Part shown: piece after piece, positions 11,135-25,043 of the stretch
Position numbering within the stretch: the first letter of the stretch is position 1
How the letters are laid out: each line of letters begins with the position of its first letter
Source of the DNA: Dendrobates tinctorius
Lineage: Eukaryota
Assembly: GCF_039654945.1 (NCBI RefSeq)
Contig: NW_027361743.1
Coordinates: 57,970,001 to 58,034,000 of the forward strand
DNA length: 64,000 nt
Reading direction: 5' to 3'
Program-made: the position numbers and the translations under genes
Notes under the pieces: model-generated
The model's input: only the letters and a program-made list of their open reading frames with translations
Told to the model about the DNA's origin: nothing
The model's database searches: none

Positions 11135-14100
11135 TATATACCAGGAAGGTTCCTGGTGGGAGCCTTGGCCTCTTGTGCCTCATTACTACTTGCAATGTCA
11201 CCATGCGACATTCTGATCTACATGTCACGGCACCCAATTCATCATATAGCCCTAGCCATAATGCCAACTGTTGTAGTGTAGGGGTATCCATATTTGATGC
11301 CTTTTGGCATTCAAGTTATATTTTGGATGCCCACATACTTGCCGTTGAAGTGCTTCCGGTTCCCGCTGGTGAAGGTAAATCTAAGCTGTGCACCATGGAG
11401 AAAACTATTATTTAGCCTTGATCTCATGCCTCTCACTTGGCCAATGTCTGTGGAAGTCATTAGTAACCTCTCGCATTTATGATGTTAGTTCATAAGGGAA
11501 ACTGATATGGATGTCTATTTCAAGACTGGACGCTGTTCTGTGCCTCGCTAATTTTGGAATGCATACTACTATTGCTAGGTGTGAATATGACCAAATGCTT
11601 CCTCTCTTTAGCAGGACTTGTTCTCCATATGTGCTAGCGGGATCTTTTCGGTAATACGCTTCTAATTCATTTATTACCATAGTTTGCTGTGTATGTAAGC
11701 AATATTTCAGGCTCCAAAAATGATCATTTATCAAATGAATAGGTGATATATGTTAGAATGGTGTAGATTTGACTGGACCTCCACCATTCACCAGAGGGAC
11801 TTACCGTATGTCTTCAGTTTTTCCCTGGTTGTGAAACTGGTCAGAAGAAAAAAAAAAACTGAACACCTGACTACATGTGCACCCTGTGGCTTCTTTCATT
11901 GTCTATAATGATATTGGAGCACATCATTCGCCTCTCCATTTGTCCAATGGAGCGCAACAGGCTTTCCTATTCAACTCCTCCTGGCTGCCATTACGCGGTC
12001 GGGGAACTGGGGAAATCAAGGTGGCAAAACGCCTGCTGTTGGCCAATAACGCTTTCCTCATTTCTCCATAGGAATGAAGATTGTCCAAATGTTTTGTTGT
12101 TAATAGTGGAGTAGCGGCTGATTCCTTTAACAAAAGAATGCTTCATGCTGCACTTCTCTCCCCAACATACTTTTCTGAGGGAGAGTGAGGAGACCCCATA
12201 AACAGTAGATAATTACTGCACAGTGATCTGTCAGAGTGCTGGGGAATACTTCCAGCCAACGCTCACTGTGTAGTGAGCTGTGACCCTAGCCGCCCTGCAC
12301 TCGCCTTTGACTGAAAGCCAGAGGCTCCCGGGAGGTATGACGTTAATTTTCTCCGGAAGCTACACTTTCAGTGAGGCGACTATACAGCTATGTTCCCTTG
12401 TAACCTGCATCTCAGGGTTAATTGCGTTGAGGACATGACAGGTTCCCTTTAATAATGTGTATGCTGCCCTTACAGGGAGTCTGTCACCACATTTGAGCTA
12501 TCTAAACTCTTAATATGGGAATACAGGTTATAGCCTGCAGATGAGTGATACATGTATGCCTCATATCCGATGCCTTGTTGTTGATAAATCATCTTTTATC
12601 ACTCTTTATGTAAATGACATCTTCCAGGCTCTGGGGGGACACTGCCTGGAAGACAACTCTGACTCCAGAAATTATTTTACATGAAGGGAAGTTACCTGTT
12701 TGATGGTCGCTCTGTTCTCCTCCGCTCTCTGCAGAGCTGTGTTAAGGGTATGTGCACACATTGCAGATTTGGTGCGTATTTGTATTGGGGGGGTTTTGCA
12801 TGGATTTGTGACAACCTGATGCCAGCAAGGTGAATGAGGAACTTGAAGTGTCATTCACATGTTGAGTATTTTTGTCTTGCAGATTTGGTGAAGAAAATAA
12901 TCACATATCACTTCTCTGTGCGTTTTTTGCCTGGGTTTTTCTCCATTGACTTCACTCAAATCAATCAAAGACGCAGGTTTTTGCAGCTGTGTTTCCTGCC
13001 AAGAGATGCCGAAATTTTACTCCACGTGTGCACATGCCCTACGTGACCACATCTGCAGATTCCTCTCAGCTTCCAGGCAGACAGGGCTGCAATATTATTA
13101 GAATTCTGCAGAGCTGTGAGAACTGCAGTAAATGTGCTTGCAAGAAGACAAAGTTAATTATTAGTGTTCTGTGTTTGTTACATGTCTCACACTGGAAACT
13201 CCTCCTTTTATATAAAGTAAGCTTTTGAGGGCAGAGTTATCTTCCATGCAACATCATCTCCATATCCTGGAAGAGGTCATATGCATGGATTTCTCTGGAA
13301 TCATCGGATCGCACATGTTGACAGTATCATTTTATTCATTTTCCTATGACCTATATGCCCATATAGGGCTTAGGAGGGTTGATTCCGCTAGCACATTCCC
13401 TTTAAATGTAATATGTCAGCATGGTTTTGCGTCCTGGTCCTCATTCCATTCCTTGTTTTCCCTTGGAAGAAGCCTATGCGAAACGCGCGACGGGGACTTA
13501 CTCCCCTGCGTCCATTTAGCTATCAGGTTTTTCATTATTAATTTTCTTCTACCCACTTGGATTTATGTTATTACTTTCTCTAATATCACTTTGGCAAACG
13601 TTTACAATTTATTATATCCATTATGCACATGCACTTTATTCATGCTCTGTTATGTACCTGTCTGCTTTGAGGTGTACAGATGGACACTGTATCTTCACAT
13701 TTCAGCATCAGCAGACACAGGTATAGAGGTGTATATATTCCACTATAGCTATTTTGTATGTATTTTGAGGCTGTTTATGAAGACCTGACCCTGGGTGTGA
13801 GATTTGAAGTTTATTCTCTGTTTCACAATTTCCATTTTTTGTGTTTTTATCTTGATTGGTCTGATTCAATTAAAAAAAAATTATGTTGTTGGGTATTTTG
13901 GATTTTTCTTCGAAGGGAACCTGTCCGGTCCCATGTGCCTCCACAACTACCAGCAGTTGTTTACATATCTAAATTCCCTAACAGTCACTTTATTACATTA
14001 AACATAAACAGATCTTTAGAAAAAGTATTTCTAAAGTCTGTTCATGATATGTAAATAAAGCCGCTGACTAGTCAATGGGGCGTTGGTGTCCCCAGACTAG

Positions 14101-15842
14101 TCAGCTGTTATTAGCATGTTATCAGGCCCCTGTGGGCATAACAGCATGACTTACAAGCGTCGGCGTCATCGCCACCTCTGTACACACCTTGCGCATGTGA
14201 GCCGCTTCTTTCCCTCACTATGTTGATCTAGCTTCAGAGAAGCTCATTGTGCATGATCAGAAGGTGCAGAAGACTTCTGATCATGCACAATACGCCTCTG
14301 TAAAGCCGGGACACATACACCTAGCTTCAGAGGATAATTGTAGTGAGGGAAAGAAGCCGAGTGCATGCGCAAGGTTTGTGTAGCGCTGGCGCTTGTAAGT
14401 CAAGGTGTCATACCGGCAGGGGCATGATAACCTGCTGACTGGGTCGACTAATCTGAGGGCACTAACGTCCCATCGACTAGTCAAAGGCCATCATTTACAA
14501 ATCATAAACTGACTTTAGAAATACATTTTCTAAAGATATGTTGGTTTAATGTAATAAAGAGACTATTAGAGAATGAATTTAGATACAGTGAGGAAAATAA
14601 GTGTTTAATACACTGCTGATTTTTCAAGTTTTCCCACCTACAACGAATGGAGAGGTCTGTAATTATCGTAGGTACACTTCAACTGTGAGACAGAATCTTA
14701 AAGAGAAAAAAACAAAAATCACATTGTATGATTTTTACATAATTACATTGCATTTTATTGCATGAAATATGTTTCTGATTACCTACCAACCAGTGGGAAT
14801 TCTGGGAATTCTTTTTTTTTTTTTTTTTAATTGAAGAAGCTATCCTACTCTGCACTCAGGTGCAATTTATACGGGTAATGTTTGAACTTGTTACCTGTAT
14901 AAAAGACACCTGTCCACACAATCCATCACACTCCAACCTTTCCACCATGGCCAAGACCTAAGTTCTGTCTAGGGACACTATTGACAAAATTGTAGACCTC
15001 TACAGGGCTGGATGGGCTACAGGACAATAGGCAAGGAGCTTGGTGAGAAGGCAACAACTGTTAGCACAATTATCAGAAAATGGAAGAAACACCAGATGAC
15101 TGTCAATCTTCCTCCGCATGGGGCTCCATGCTAGATGATCGTGAGAAAGGTCATGAATCGGCCCATAACTACACGGGAGGACTTGGTCAATGACCTGAAG
15201 AGATCTGAGACCACAGTCTCAAACATTACCATTAGTAACACACTACGCCGTCGTGGATTAAAATCAGCATGTCCTGGCCTGTTTGAAGTTCGCCTATTTT
15301 ATTCTCTTATTTAGCACTTTACAGACATTATCGAATGACCATCTGGATGGGAGAAGGCCATGTGGTTATGAGACTAAACTAGAACTTTTTAGTATCAACT
15401 CCACTCGCCGTGTTTGGAGGAAAAAAGGGATGAGTGCAACCCCAAGAACACCATCCCAACCATGAAGCATGGATGGGGAAAAAGCCGGATTACTTACCGG
15501 TAATGCTCTTTTAATGAGTCCACGACAGCACCAACTGGAGGTATCAGATCCGACCCATTTGGAACAGGAAACCCTACAGAAAGTTAAAAGGGGGCGGTCC
15601 GCCTTTCCTCCTCAGTTTTGCATTTCAGAGTACCAGAAGGACCGCCAAGCGTTAGGCAATGTCTTTGCATTTCTAAACTTTACTTATTCATCTTTAGCAG
15701 ATACGCTTTATTATCGATATCTTTAGCAGGGAGGGAAGTGAGCGGGTGCGGTCGTGGACTCATTAAAAGAGCATTACCGGTAAGTAATCCGGCTTTTTGC
15801 CCTTCGCCACGACAGCACCCACTGGAGAGATTCCAGAGACCA

Positions 15843-16877
15843 TCACCTGGGTGGGACCACCGTGCTAAGGACAGTCCTGCCAAAGCTTAGGTTTGAAGTT
15901 GATGAAAGGTCAAGTCTATAGTGATTATAGAAGGTAGAACGGGTTGACCAAATTGCTGCCTTACATATGGTTTCAATTGGAACGTCTCCCCTCTCGGCCC
16001 AGGAGGTTGCCACTGCTCTGGTGGAATGTGCTCTGATGCTCTCCGGAGGATCTTCGTTTTTCGCGGAGTAGGCTAAGCGAATGGCATCCCTGATCCATCG
16101 GGAAATTGTGCTCTTCGTGACTCCGTACCCTTTTTTTACTGCCCTGAAAAGATATGAACAGAGCCCTACACTGCCTCCAGCTTCTGGACCTCTCAATATA
16201 TTTTAGGACATTTCTTCTAACATCCAAGGTGTGGAATTTCCGCTCCTCTGGAGTGGAGGGATCCCCAAAGAAGGTCGGGAGAAGTATCTTTTGAGATCTA
16301 TGGAATTTTGTTGATACCTTAGGCAGGTATGAGGGGTCTGGTTTTAATATTAACCTATCTTGGTATATCTGAAAAAAGGATGGGTCTATGGATAGGGCCT
16401 GGATATCACCCACTCTCCTAGCAGACGTCAGTGCTACTAAGAGGGCCGTCTTGAGTGACAAGCATTTGAGGGATATCGTGTCTATCGGCTCAAAGGTTTC
16501 TTCCGTCAGGGCGTCTAAGACCAGATTTAAGTCCCATGCAGGGATTGCAGGTATGTCAACGGGAGCTATCCGTTCACAGGCTGTAATAAATCGTGATATC
16601 CACTTATCCCCCCCCCCGCTATATTATGGCCGTACAGTGCCCCTAATGCGGACACCTGGACTTTCAGTGTGTTTACTGCCAGGCCCAAGTCCTTCCCTCT
16701 CTGTAGAAATTCTAAGATAGGGACTTCTGTGGTATGAGGCGCTGTATGAAACTGCAGGAATTTTTTCCAAATCCTTGTATAAATCTGGGTAGTGGACTGC
16801 TTCCTGCTCTGCAGGAGTGTAGTAATTAGTGTTTCAGAAAAGCCTCTTGATCTTAGTAGCTGCCTTTCAAATTCCAC
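15843..16877 (-). pseudogene. DIRS-A ORF3 tyrosine recombinase, frameshifted
   Basis: SARRVGDI, AHSTR and TFYNHY motifs in three ORF fragments. Confidence 0.9.
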
Positions 16878-16881
16878 GCCG

Positions 16882-18735
16882 TCAAGTGTAAGCTGTCCAC
16901 TTGGGGGGTGGGAAAAAGGGCCTTGGGGAGAGTAGGTTGGGAATCGAAGGGAGGACCCAAGGATCAGTCACCGACATAATTCGTAGCCATGAGAACCACG
17001 GTCTCTTAGGCCAGAATGGAGCTATCAAAATTACTCTCGCCTTGTCCTCTCTGATCTTCCGGATGACCAGTGGCAGGAGAATTATCGGAGGGAAGGCGTA
17101 TGCCAGGTTGAATTTCCATGAGGCCTGGAGGGCATCCAATATGTCTGGGTGATCTGACGGAGACAGGGAATCAAATACTTTTATCTGTCTGTTTTCTTTC
17201 TAGGCAAAGAGGTCCACTTGAGGTTGCCCCCATAAAGCTACTATGTCCTTGAAGACTCGGAGATTGAGGCACCACTCCCCCTGCCGAAGTGTGTGTCGGC
17301 TTAAGAAGTCTGCCTCTTGGTTGTTCTCTCCCCTGATATGAAGGGCCGAGAGGGACAACAAATAACTTTCGGCTAAGTTTAAGATTCTTGCCGCAGAAGA
17401 CATCAGCATCTCTGATCGAGTACCTCCCTGTCTGTTTATGTAGGCCACTGTAGTGGTGTTGTCCGACAAGATCCTGACATGTTTCTGTTGGAGCTGTGGA
17501 AGAAAATGGTGTAGAGCATAATATACTGCCGTCAGCTCTTTTAAATTAGACGAATAGCCCCCTTCATCTCTTCCACCTTCCTTGACCAAAGCTATTCCCC
17601 ATATGGGCTCCCCAGCCGTGGGGGCTAGCGTCAGTGGTTAGGATACAAGATGGTACTATAACCCATGGGACTCCTGAGGATAGATGGTTATCATCTATCC
17701 ACCATTCTAGAGAAGTCAAGACCTCCTGTGATAAGGTTATCTTGCTCTCGAGGTCACCACCTTGTCGCCTGTCCTCCTGGAGGATCTGATGCTGTAGCGT
17801 TTGGATATGATAATGGGCCCACCAGACTGCAGGGGCACAAGAATTGAGCGACCCCAATAGTGACATTGCCCCTCTCAGACATGCGTGGTCTACTTATGGC
17901 TGCCTCCACTTTCTCTTTTGTGAGTGTAATCTTTACCTGAGGGAGTAGACATCTCTGGGTTGTGGAGTCTAACTGGAACCCTAAGAACATCTGCAGGGAA
18001 AGTGGAACAAGTCTGGACTTCTGGACGTTAATGATCCAGCCTAGATATTGCAAAGATGAGATCGCGTCAGCCACACATCTGGTACACTGGGTGACCGAGT
18101 TCCCGATAATTAGGAAGTCATCTAGGTAAGGCACGATTAAAGTGTCCTTCTGACGAAGATAGGCCATCACCTCTGCCATCACCTTGGTGAAGATTCTTGG
18201 CGCCATAGAGAGGCCGAAAGGCATGGCCGTATACTGAAAATGATGGATCTTGCCTTCGAATACCACCGCGACCCTTAGGTACCTTTTGGTATCCATCATG
18301 AATAGGAAGATGATAGTAAGCATCCTTCAAGTCAATCCCCGCCATTACACAGTTTGGAAAGAGAAGCTTTATGGTGGATCTGATTCCATCTTAAACTTAT
18401 AATTTTTTATAAACGTATTAAGCTTCCTTAAATTTATAATTGTCCTAAACGTACCATCTGGTTTTGAAATTAAAAATAAAGGAGAATAGAATCCTCTACC
18501 TTCCTGTTCCTCTGGGACCTCTACTAAAACCCCCTTGGATAGTAGGCTCCAAATTTCTTCTTCGAGGTCCTTTTGTTGAACTATAGAGTTGAGGCGGGTT
18601 ATGATAAAGAAATCATAAGGGATTTGAAGGAATTCTATTTTCATTCCCTCTTTAATTATACTTAGGATCCATGGGCTTGAAGTTATTTGTTCCCATTTTG
18701 AATAAAAAAAAATTTAACCTACCCCCTACTGGAGA
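16882..18735 (-). pseudogene. DIRS-A ORF2 (RT / RNase H / DNA adenine methyltransferase-like), frameshifted
   Basis: Fragments VGGRL, GFYSPLFLISKPDG, IDLKDAY, MPFGL, YLDD, TTDAS, SDNTT, NQEADFLSR, VDLFA and YAFPP, spread over several frames. Confidence 0.9.
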
Positions 18736-21700
18736 GGTCAGCTTAATAGGCAGAGTACATACATTGCACACTCACCCAGTGAAGCTTTTATTACCGGGTC
18801 AGATGGCTGGGATCCTGTCCTAGGTCTTGATTCCTCCACCTCGCTCCTGCGGGCGGTGTCTGTCCTAGTAGTGCGGTCCCTGGAGGAGCTGCCCCCGCAG
18901 AGTCTCCTGCTGGAGCGTGCACATCTGTTGGGGATGACATGGCCTCCTGCCGCTAAGCTGCGGCGTAAGTCGCTCCTCCCCCGGGTTCACCGCACATGCG
19001 CCATCGCGCTCCTCAGCCATCCTGCCCCGGAAGTTCACTCATTACTTCCGGGGCTCAGGAGCCCCTGCGCCGGCCGGCTACCGCGCCACCGTTCCTGTAT
19101 GCGGCCCGCGCTTCTCCCCACGCTGCCGCCACTGCTGCCTCCCTTTTTTTTTATTACTTTCTCTTCTTTGCGCCACTGGCGCACTTACCGCTCTCTGTAG
19201 CGGCGGCTCCTGCTCTCTTGGTGCCCCCTGGCGTGCTCCTAGGGGAGACCGGGCGGCCTCTCCCGGACCCGGTCATCACCTCTTAGCCATCAGACGAGGG
19301 GGGAGCCGTCTAATGGAGTCTCCCCCGACGCTGCCTCCGGATCACAGCCCCTGCCGTTCTCATGGACACCGCGCAGGCGGCGTGCAAATCCAGGTATGTC
19401 TTCCTGAAGGATTATCCTGAGGTTCCCTGGGAACAGGAAACCAAAACTGAGGACCTCCCCCTTTTATCTTTCTGTAGGGTTTCCTGTTCCAAATGGGGCG
19501 GATCCGATACCTCCAGTGGGTGCTGTCATGTCGAAGGGTAAAACATCATACTTTGGGGGTGCTTTTCTGCAAAAGTGACAGGACGACTGCACCGTATCCA
19601 AGGGAGGATGAATGGGGTTGTGTATCTTGAGATTTTGGCCAACGACCTCCTTCCCTCAATAAGAGCTTTAAAGATAGGTTGTGACTGGGTCTTCCAGCAT
19701 GACAATGACCCGAAACACACAGCTAGGGCAACTAAGGAGTGGGATCCGTAAGAAGCATTTCAAGGTCCTGGAGTGGCCTTGCCAGTTTCCAGACCTGAAC
19801 CCAATAGAAAATCTTTGGAGAGAGATGACTTGATGTTGGCCAGCAACAGCTTTGAAAGATCTGGAGAAGATCTGTATGGAGGAGTGGGCCAGAATCCCTG
19901 CTGTAGTGTGTGCAAACTTGGTCAAGAACTACAGGAAACATCTGACCTCTGTAATTGCAAACAAAGGTTTCTGTACCAAATATTAAGTTCTGTTTTTCTA
20001 TTCTATCATATACTTATTTCATGCAATCAAATGCCAATTATTTATGTAAAAATCATACAATGTGATTTTCTGAATTTTTTTAAGATTCTGTCTCGCAGTT
20101 GCGGTGTACCTGTAATAAAAATTACAGACCTCTCCATTCTTTGTAGGTGGGAAAACTTGCAAAATCAGCAGTGTATTAAATACTTATTTCCCTCATATGT
20201 AGACACAACTGCCGATGGTTCTTGGGGCACGGCGGACCTGTCAGGTTACCTTTTCAAATACTAGTCCAGCAATAACTTTAAATATGTCCATTTCATCTGT
20301 TACTAAGAAATCCACATTTGAATTGATATGCAAATGAGCCTGAAGAGCTATTTGTAGATGTGAAGCCTGTCACCCCAGCGTGCCACCTCTTACTTGACTG
20401 ACAGCCTCTGTTCCATGTGAATTCAGGCAAATGGACAGTCAAACAGGAGGAGGCAGCACTGGGCAAGGCGTAGAACTGGTGTGACAGGCTTCAGATCTAC
20501 CATAGCTCTCATTTGCATATGAAGTCAAATGCTGATTTCTCAGTAACATGGGAACTGACCGGCCATATAAAGGTATTGCTGGACTTGTCTTTGAAAGAGC
20601 TACATGGACGTATAGCTTGGTAAAATCCTGCTGACAGATTCCCTTTTAAGTCTCCCAGTTTTAAGAATTATCACATCCAGTGGATCGGTAATCATTTTTA
20701 GGCACTAGAGTGACCCTTTCAGATTAGTTTCTCTTATTCTGTGGATTAAAGTTTGAGTGATGTCTGAATGAAATGTCTCAATGAGTCCTCCCATGGAGAA
20801 TTCTATCTTTGGGCCTGGAAATATCATGCAAGGAGCTTCCAACATCTCCGTTCTTTGCTTCCTTTGTCAGGATGAATCCCGACTGGAATGTTCTTATGTC
20901 TCTGTGTTGGATTATTCGGTGACAGTGCAGGAGCGTGAATGTCAGACTCTCAGCCTCCAAATGAGCACATGCTCCATACATTCCTTGCATTCTTCTGGCC
21001 TCACACAGGGACCTCAGCGTTCCTGTAAGTGTGCAATGGGATGTTTGTGACATAGGGATGTTTGGCGCTGTGACATAAATCAGTAACTTTTTAGGTGATT
21101 TTTATGATCTTCAAAGAGAGAGGTCATTGCACTGAGACCTTCATGAAAACTATAAAGAATGGTGACCAACACTATGTCCCTGTTGAGTTAATGGAGCTGC
21201 TAGCTCCTGTAATCCAGCCTGTTTTCAGGGCAGACGTGTACAGTGATCAGCCAATAAATGGTTATAGAGATGGTGGCTGGCGCATGGCAGCTTGAGTACT
21301 AGGCTACTGTCCGGTCTGCCCGTATGAAACTTGGCCAGAAATCTTTATAGGATATGCCTTACTAATGCACTTATAGAAGCAAAGCTCCTCTAATGTCCCG
21401 GTTTCACTTATACGCTTGGCAAATCTGTTTCCTGCTCTGTGCTGAACATAGGAGTGCTGACACATCAGGGCTGTTTGTGAATAGCTAAACAAGCCCCCTT
21501 CTTAGGGAGAACATGTAGACTAAGGCTAAGTTCACATGTAGCGGAATTCCCGCAGAAGTTACCGCGAGAGTTACGGATTTCCGTTCCGTGGGAAAAACGC
21601 ATTTTAAATTCCCGCGGAAAAACTAGCGATTTGCAAGCGTAATTAGCTTGCAGAATGCTAGCGTTTTCCAAGCGATCTGGAGCATCGCTTGGAGAACTGA

Positions 21701-22156
21701 TTGACAGGTTGGTCACACTTGTCAAACAGGGTTTGAAGAGTGTGACCAACTTTTTACTACTGATGCTGCCTATGCAGCATCAGTAGTAAAAGATAGGATG
21801 TAAAAAACAATAAAATATTGTTATTCTCACCTTCCGACGTCCCGCGCAGCCTTCCTGCCTCTCTCCACGCTCCCGGCATCTTCCGGTCCCAGTAATCCTT
21901 TGCGCGAATGACAGCGAGACGTCGCGCTCCCGCGAGACCGCGACGTCATCGCGGTCATTCTCGCAAAGGATTACTGGGACTGGAAGATGACGGGAGCGTG
22001 GAAAGAGGCAGGAAGAAGATCGCCGGCCGTCGGAAGGTGAGAATAACAATATTTTTTATTTTAATTCTAGTTTTTACAGGGGTATGGTGCCCACAGCCGG
22101 GAGGACAGTCTCCTCTCCTCCGGATCGTGAGTACCATCCGCAAATGTTCTGCTTAC

Positions 22157-25043
22157 CAGGGCTGTGGAGTTGGAGTCGTGAAGTCGGGAGTTAGTTTTGG
22201 TCGGAGTCGGTAGAAATGTTCAGACTCCAGCTTTAAAAAAATGTATTAATATTTCATAATTGAACTTTCATATGAATTTTATAAATGTTACTCAAATATA
22301 TATGTTCTATCAAACTATGAACAACAGTGATAAGCAGTTCTGCTGGAGATAGAGACATTTCTTACTTCTTGTGTGTCACTGTTCTCCACTGCCCTTATCT
22401 AATCTTATACTTGGTTAACCTCATGCTGCCCCAACCCCCCTACTTACAATGTATGAAACTGAAAGTGAAAATGTGTTGCAAATTCTTAGTAGTAAAGCTC
22501 CTCCTCTAGACTAGATCATACTAGGTGTGCATCTTCCAAGCATCTCACAGCTGCCTGCTACTCAGAAAAGGAAGACTGTAAGAAGTATTATCCTTTCAAC
22601 AAACTTTGCATCAGTTAACTGAGTACATGAGGAATAATAACAGTATTACTGACCACTATATCAGTTGTACGACCTGGCAATAATTTTGTACAATTGTTTT
22701 TAGGAAAAACAATTGTCATTTGGATTGTGAATGCAGAATTAAAAACCTGAGAATGTCAAAGAAGCATCACATTAAATCAGCAGTATTTGAACATTTCACC
22801 ATCACTTAAGATAGAAAACATTATGTCTGTCAGTGTATGACAAATGATCCAGACGAAAACAAATGCTGTGAAGCCAAGATGAGTGCATATTCAGGCAAAG
22901 ATAAAAAATGCTCCTACCAGAGCTTCTAATCTAAAGAGACATTTACAGCGCTTTCATCCAGAAGTACTGAAAGCAGTGGATGAGAAAGACTGCATCCAAA
23001 CCAATGAACCAGTGCCCAGCTCTTCCAGCTAAACAAAGGAGCAGAGAACTTTGCAGCCATCAGTTGCAAGATATTTTGTCAGTGACAAAGTTACTGTGAC
23101 AATGACAGTAGATACATTTAAAAAACAGATCATAGAGCTTGTTGTAAAGGATAGTGTGCCTATTTCATTATTTTCACGACCAGCTTTTGTGTGTCTGAAT
23201 GGGGAAATGGCCCGCAAGCTTGGTGTTTCTCTGGAGAGAGAGTATTAGAAAATTAGTAATCGAAGAAGCTTTTAAACAAAAGGAAGAACTTAAAAAAACT
23301 CTCAAGGGACGCTTTCTGTTTCTTAAAATGGATGCCTGCACACGTCACAGAGTGAACTATTTTGCCATCAATGTCCGATTTGTTTGTGACAAAAATGAAA
23401 TAGTTACCAAGACATTGGCAGTAAAAGACACCAAAGCTCATCACACCAGTAAGTTTCTCCAGGTCTTGGTGGAAAAGGTTCTGCAAGACTATGAACTTAA
23501 AAAAGAGCAAGTTCTGTCGTAACTGACAATGCTTCAAATATGATAAGTACTATTAAGCTAATGAATGAGAGTAATGATGGTGACCAGCAGCTAGAAGAAC
23601 ATTCTGGGTCCACAGACACAGAAATGTTTGAAATAGAGGAACACAGTATTGTAACTGAGGAGCAAACTGAAGTTGCTTCAGATGAACAGCAACATGATAG
23701 TTTAGATGATCTTGTTGAAACTGTCAATATGTTCTTTCATTCATCACATGCGCTGTGTTGTGCATACGCTACAGCTGGCTATAAGAGACAGTCTGCAAGA
23801 AGGACATGCTGCTGCACTGATTGGCAAGGTGAGAAAATTGGCTACTGTTGCCAGAACCCCTAAAGTTGACTTAATTTTGAAGAGACGTGCTGGAAAAGGG
23901 GCAATTATTGATCAAGCCACACGATGGGGCAGTACTTACTTAATGATTCAGCGCTTGGTTGAACTGAAAACCTTTCTTGTAGACATGGCTAACCCTCAAC
24001 TGACGCTAAATGAAAGTCAGTGGAATCAGGGGACTGAGCTGGAAAAATTGCTAGAGCACCCATTTACAGTGACTAAAAAATTACAAGCAGAGGACTTAAC
24101 TCCAGGTATTTTCTTAAAGGAGTGGAAGAACCTGATGTTTCGCCTGTCCCAAAGAGGAGGGTTAATTGCAAGTGGCATTGCTACATCACTGAAACGGAGA
24201 GAGGAGCTACTATTACAAAATAACATTCTTTTGGCAGCTGTTTATGTAGACCCAATGCATCGGATTCTTCTAGATGATCAACAGCTAAGTAAAGGAAAAG
24301 AAGCTCTGTTTGAAATAGCAGTAAGGATGAAAGGGTTGCAGAACAGTCAGGAGGAACAAGAAGAATTTGGTCGTCCTGCCACATCTTCACCCTCATCAAC
24401 TGATGAAGAATTTAATTTCGAAAAATATTTGGATCACAAGGACCGTGCAAAGCGTTCCCGCATAGAAGAAGAGTCATCCCCATCAAGGAACACAGCCAGT
24501 ACATTTCAGCAGAATTTTTCATGTGCACTAAAAGAAATTGAGAAATTTGACCGTTCATCAAAAATAACAGTGCAACAAGCGATTCCTCTGTATCCTGACA
24601 TTGTCAGAGATGTTGCCCGACTGGTTACTGCTTTGCCACCAACACAAGTTAGTGTAGAGAGGTTGTTCTCTGCTCTCAAAATAATTAGATCAGATTTGAG
24701 GGCATCCATGAAGGAGGATCTGACAGAGGCAATACTTTTTCTGAGGACAAATTTATAGATTTCTTCTTATTAACTGCATAAAAGTGTTTATTGCATATTT
24801 ACTTACAGTTTAGAAAAGTTTATAAAAGTTATTTGCTATATTCTAATTGTATTCTAATAAATGTAGTTTTTGCTCTAAGTGGTCTGATTACTTATATGAT
24901 GGTGAGAAACTGAATAAGCACGATGTTTAATATTTTACAACAGTAAATTTGTTGTTATGAATTGGCCATTTATGAAGGAGCCGGAGCCTGATAAAATCCA
25001 GGAGTCGGAGTCGCAACTGTGGCTTACCGACTCCACAGCCCTA
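22157..25043 (+). mobile_element. Full-length hAT DNA transposon (2.9 kb)
   Basis: Perfect 8-bp TSD CTGCTTAC (22149-56 and 25044-51); TIR CAGGGCTGTGGAGT / ACTCCACAGCCCTA. Confidence 0.93.
22753..24758 (+). pseudogene. hAT transposase with BED zinc finger, disrupted by stops and frameshifts
   Basis: MSKK..VFEHF, SNLKRHLQRFH, LKMDAC, TDNASN, CVVHTLQL, ATRWGS and the dimerisation motif PPTQVSVERLFS; pieces at 23051-23248, 23199-23522, 23540-23863 and 23706-24758. Confidence 0.92.

Larger units (their letters stand above)
15479..19543 (-). mobile_element. DIRS1-type tyrosine-recombinase retrotransposon A (degenerate, most of ORF1 missing)
   Basis: Inverted terminal repeats at about 15520-15620 and 19443-19528; ICR at about 15750-15827 complementary to both ends; RT, RNase H, methyltransferase and recombinase fragments; no TSD. 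Confidence 0.92.
14586..20195 (+). mobile_element. Tc1-like transposon with degenerate transposase, split by a DIRS insertion
   Basis: TA TSD; TIRs of about 200 bp starting CAGTGAGGAAAATAAGT; transposase ATG at 14947 with stops. Joining 15478 to 19541 restores [15 protein letters not shown], followed by FQHDNDPKH and [10 protein letters not shown]. Confidence 0.9.
13914..20251. mobile_element. Old T2/Kolobok-type palindromic MITE interrupted in its right arm by Tc1
   Basis: Ends AGGGAACCTGTC / GTCAGGTTACCT. The left arm 13914-14150 is the reverse complement of 14400-14585 plus 20196-20251. TTAA flanks have decayed. Confidence 0.6.

Noticed and set aside
11150-12130. Possible very old L1/Tx1 LINE remnant on the minus strand
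   Set aside because: Only a vague resemblance to endonuclease motifs; cannot be supported without an HMM search
13225-13788. 187-aa hydrophobic ORF
   Set aside because: TTG start, T-rich low-information sequence, no family motif, overlaps repeat remnants
23706-24758. 350-aa ORF as a domesticated ZBED-like gene
   Set aside because: It lies between TIRs with an intact TSD, and the upstream half of the transposase has stops and frameshifts
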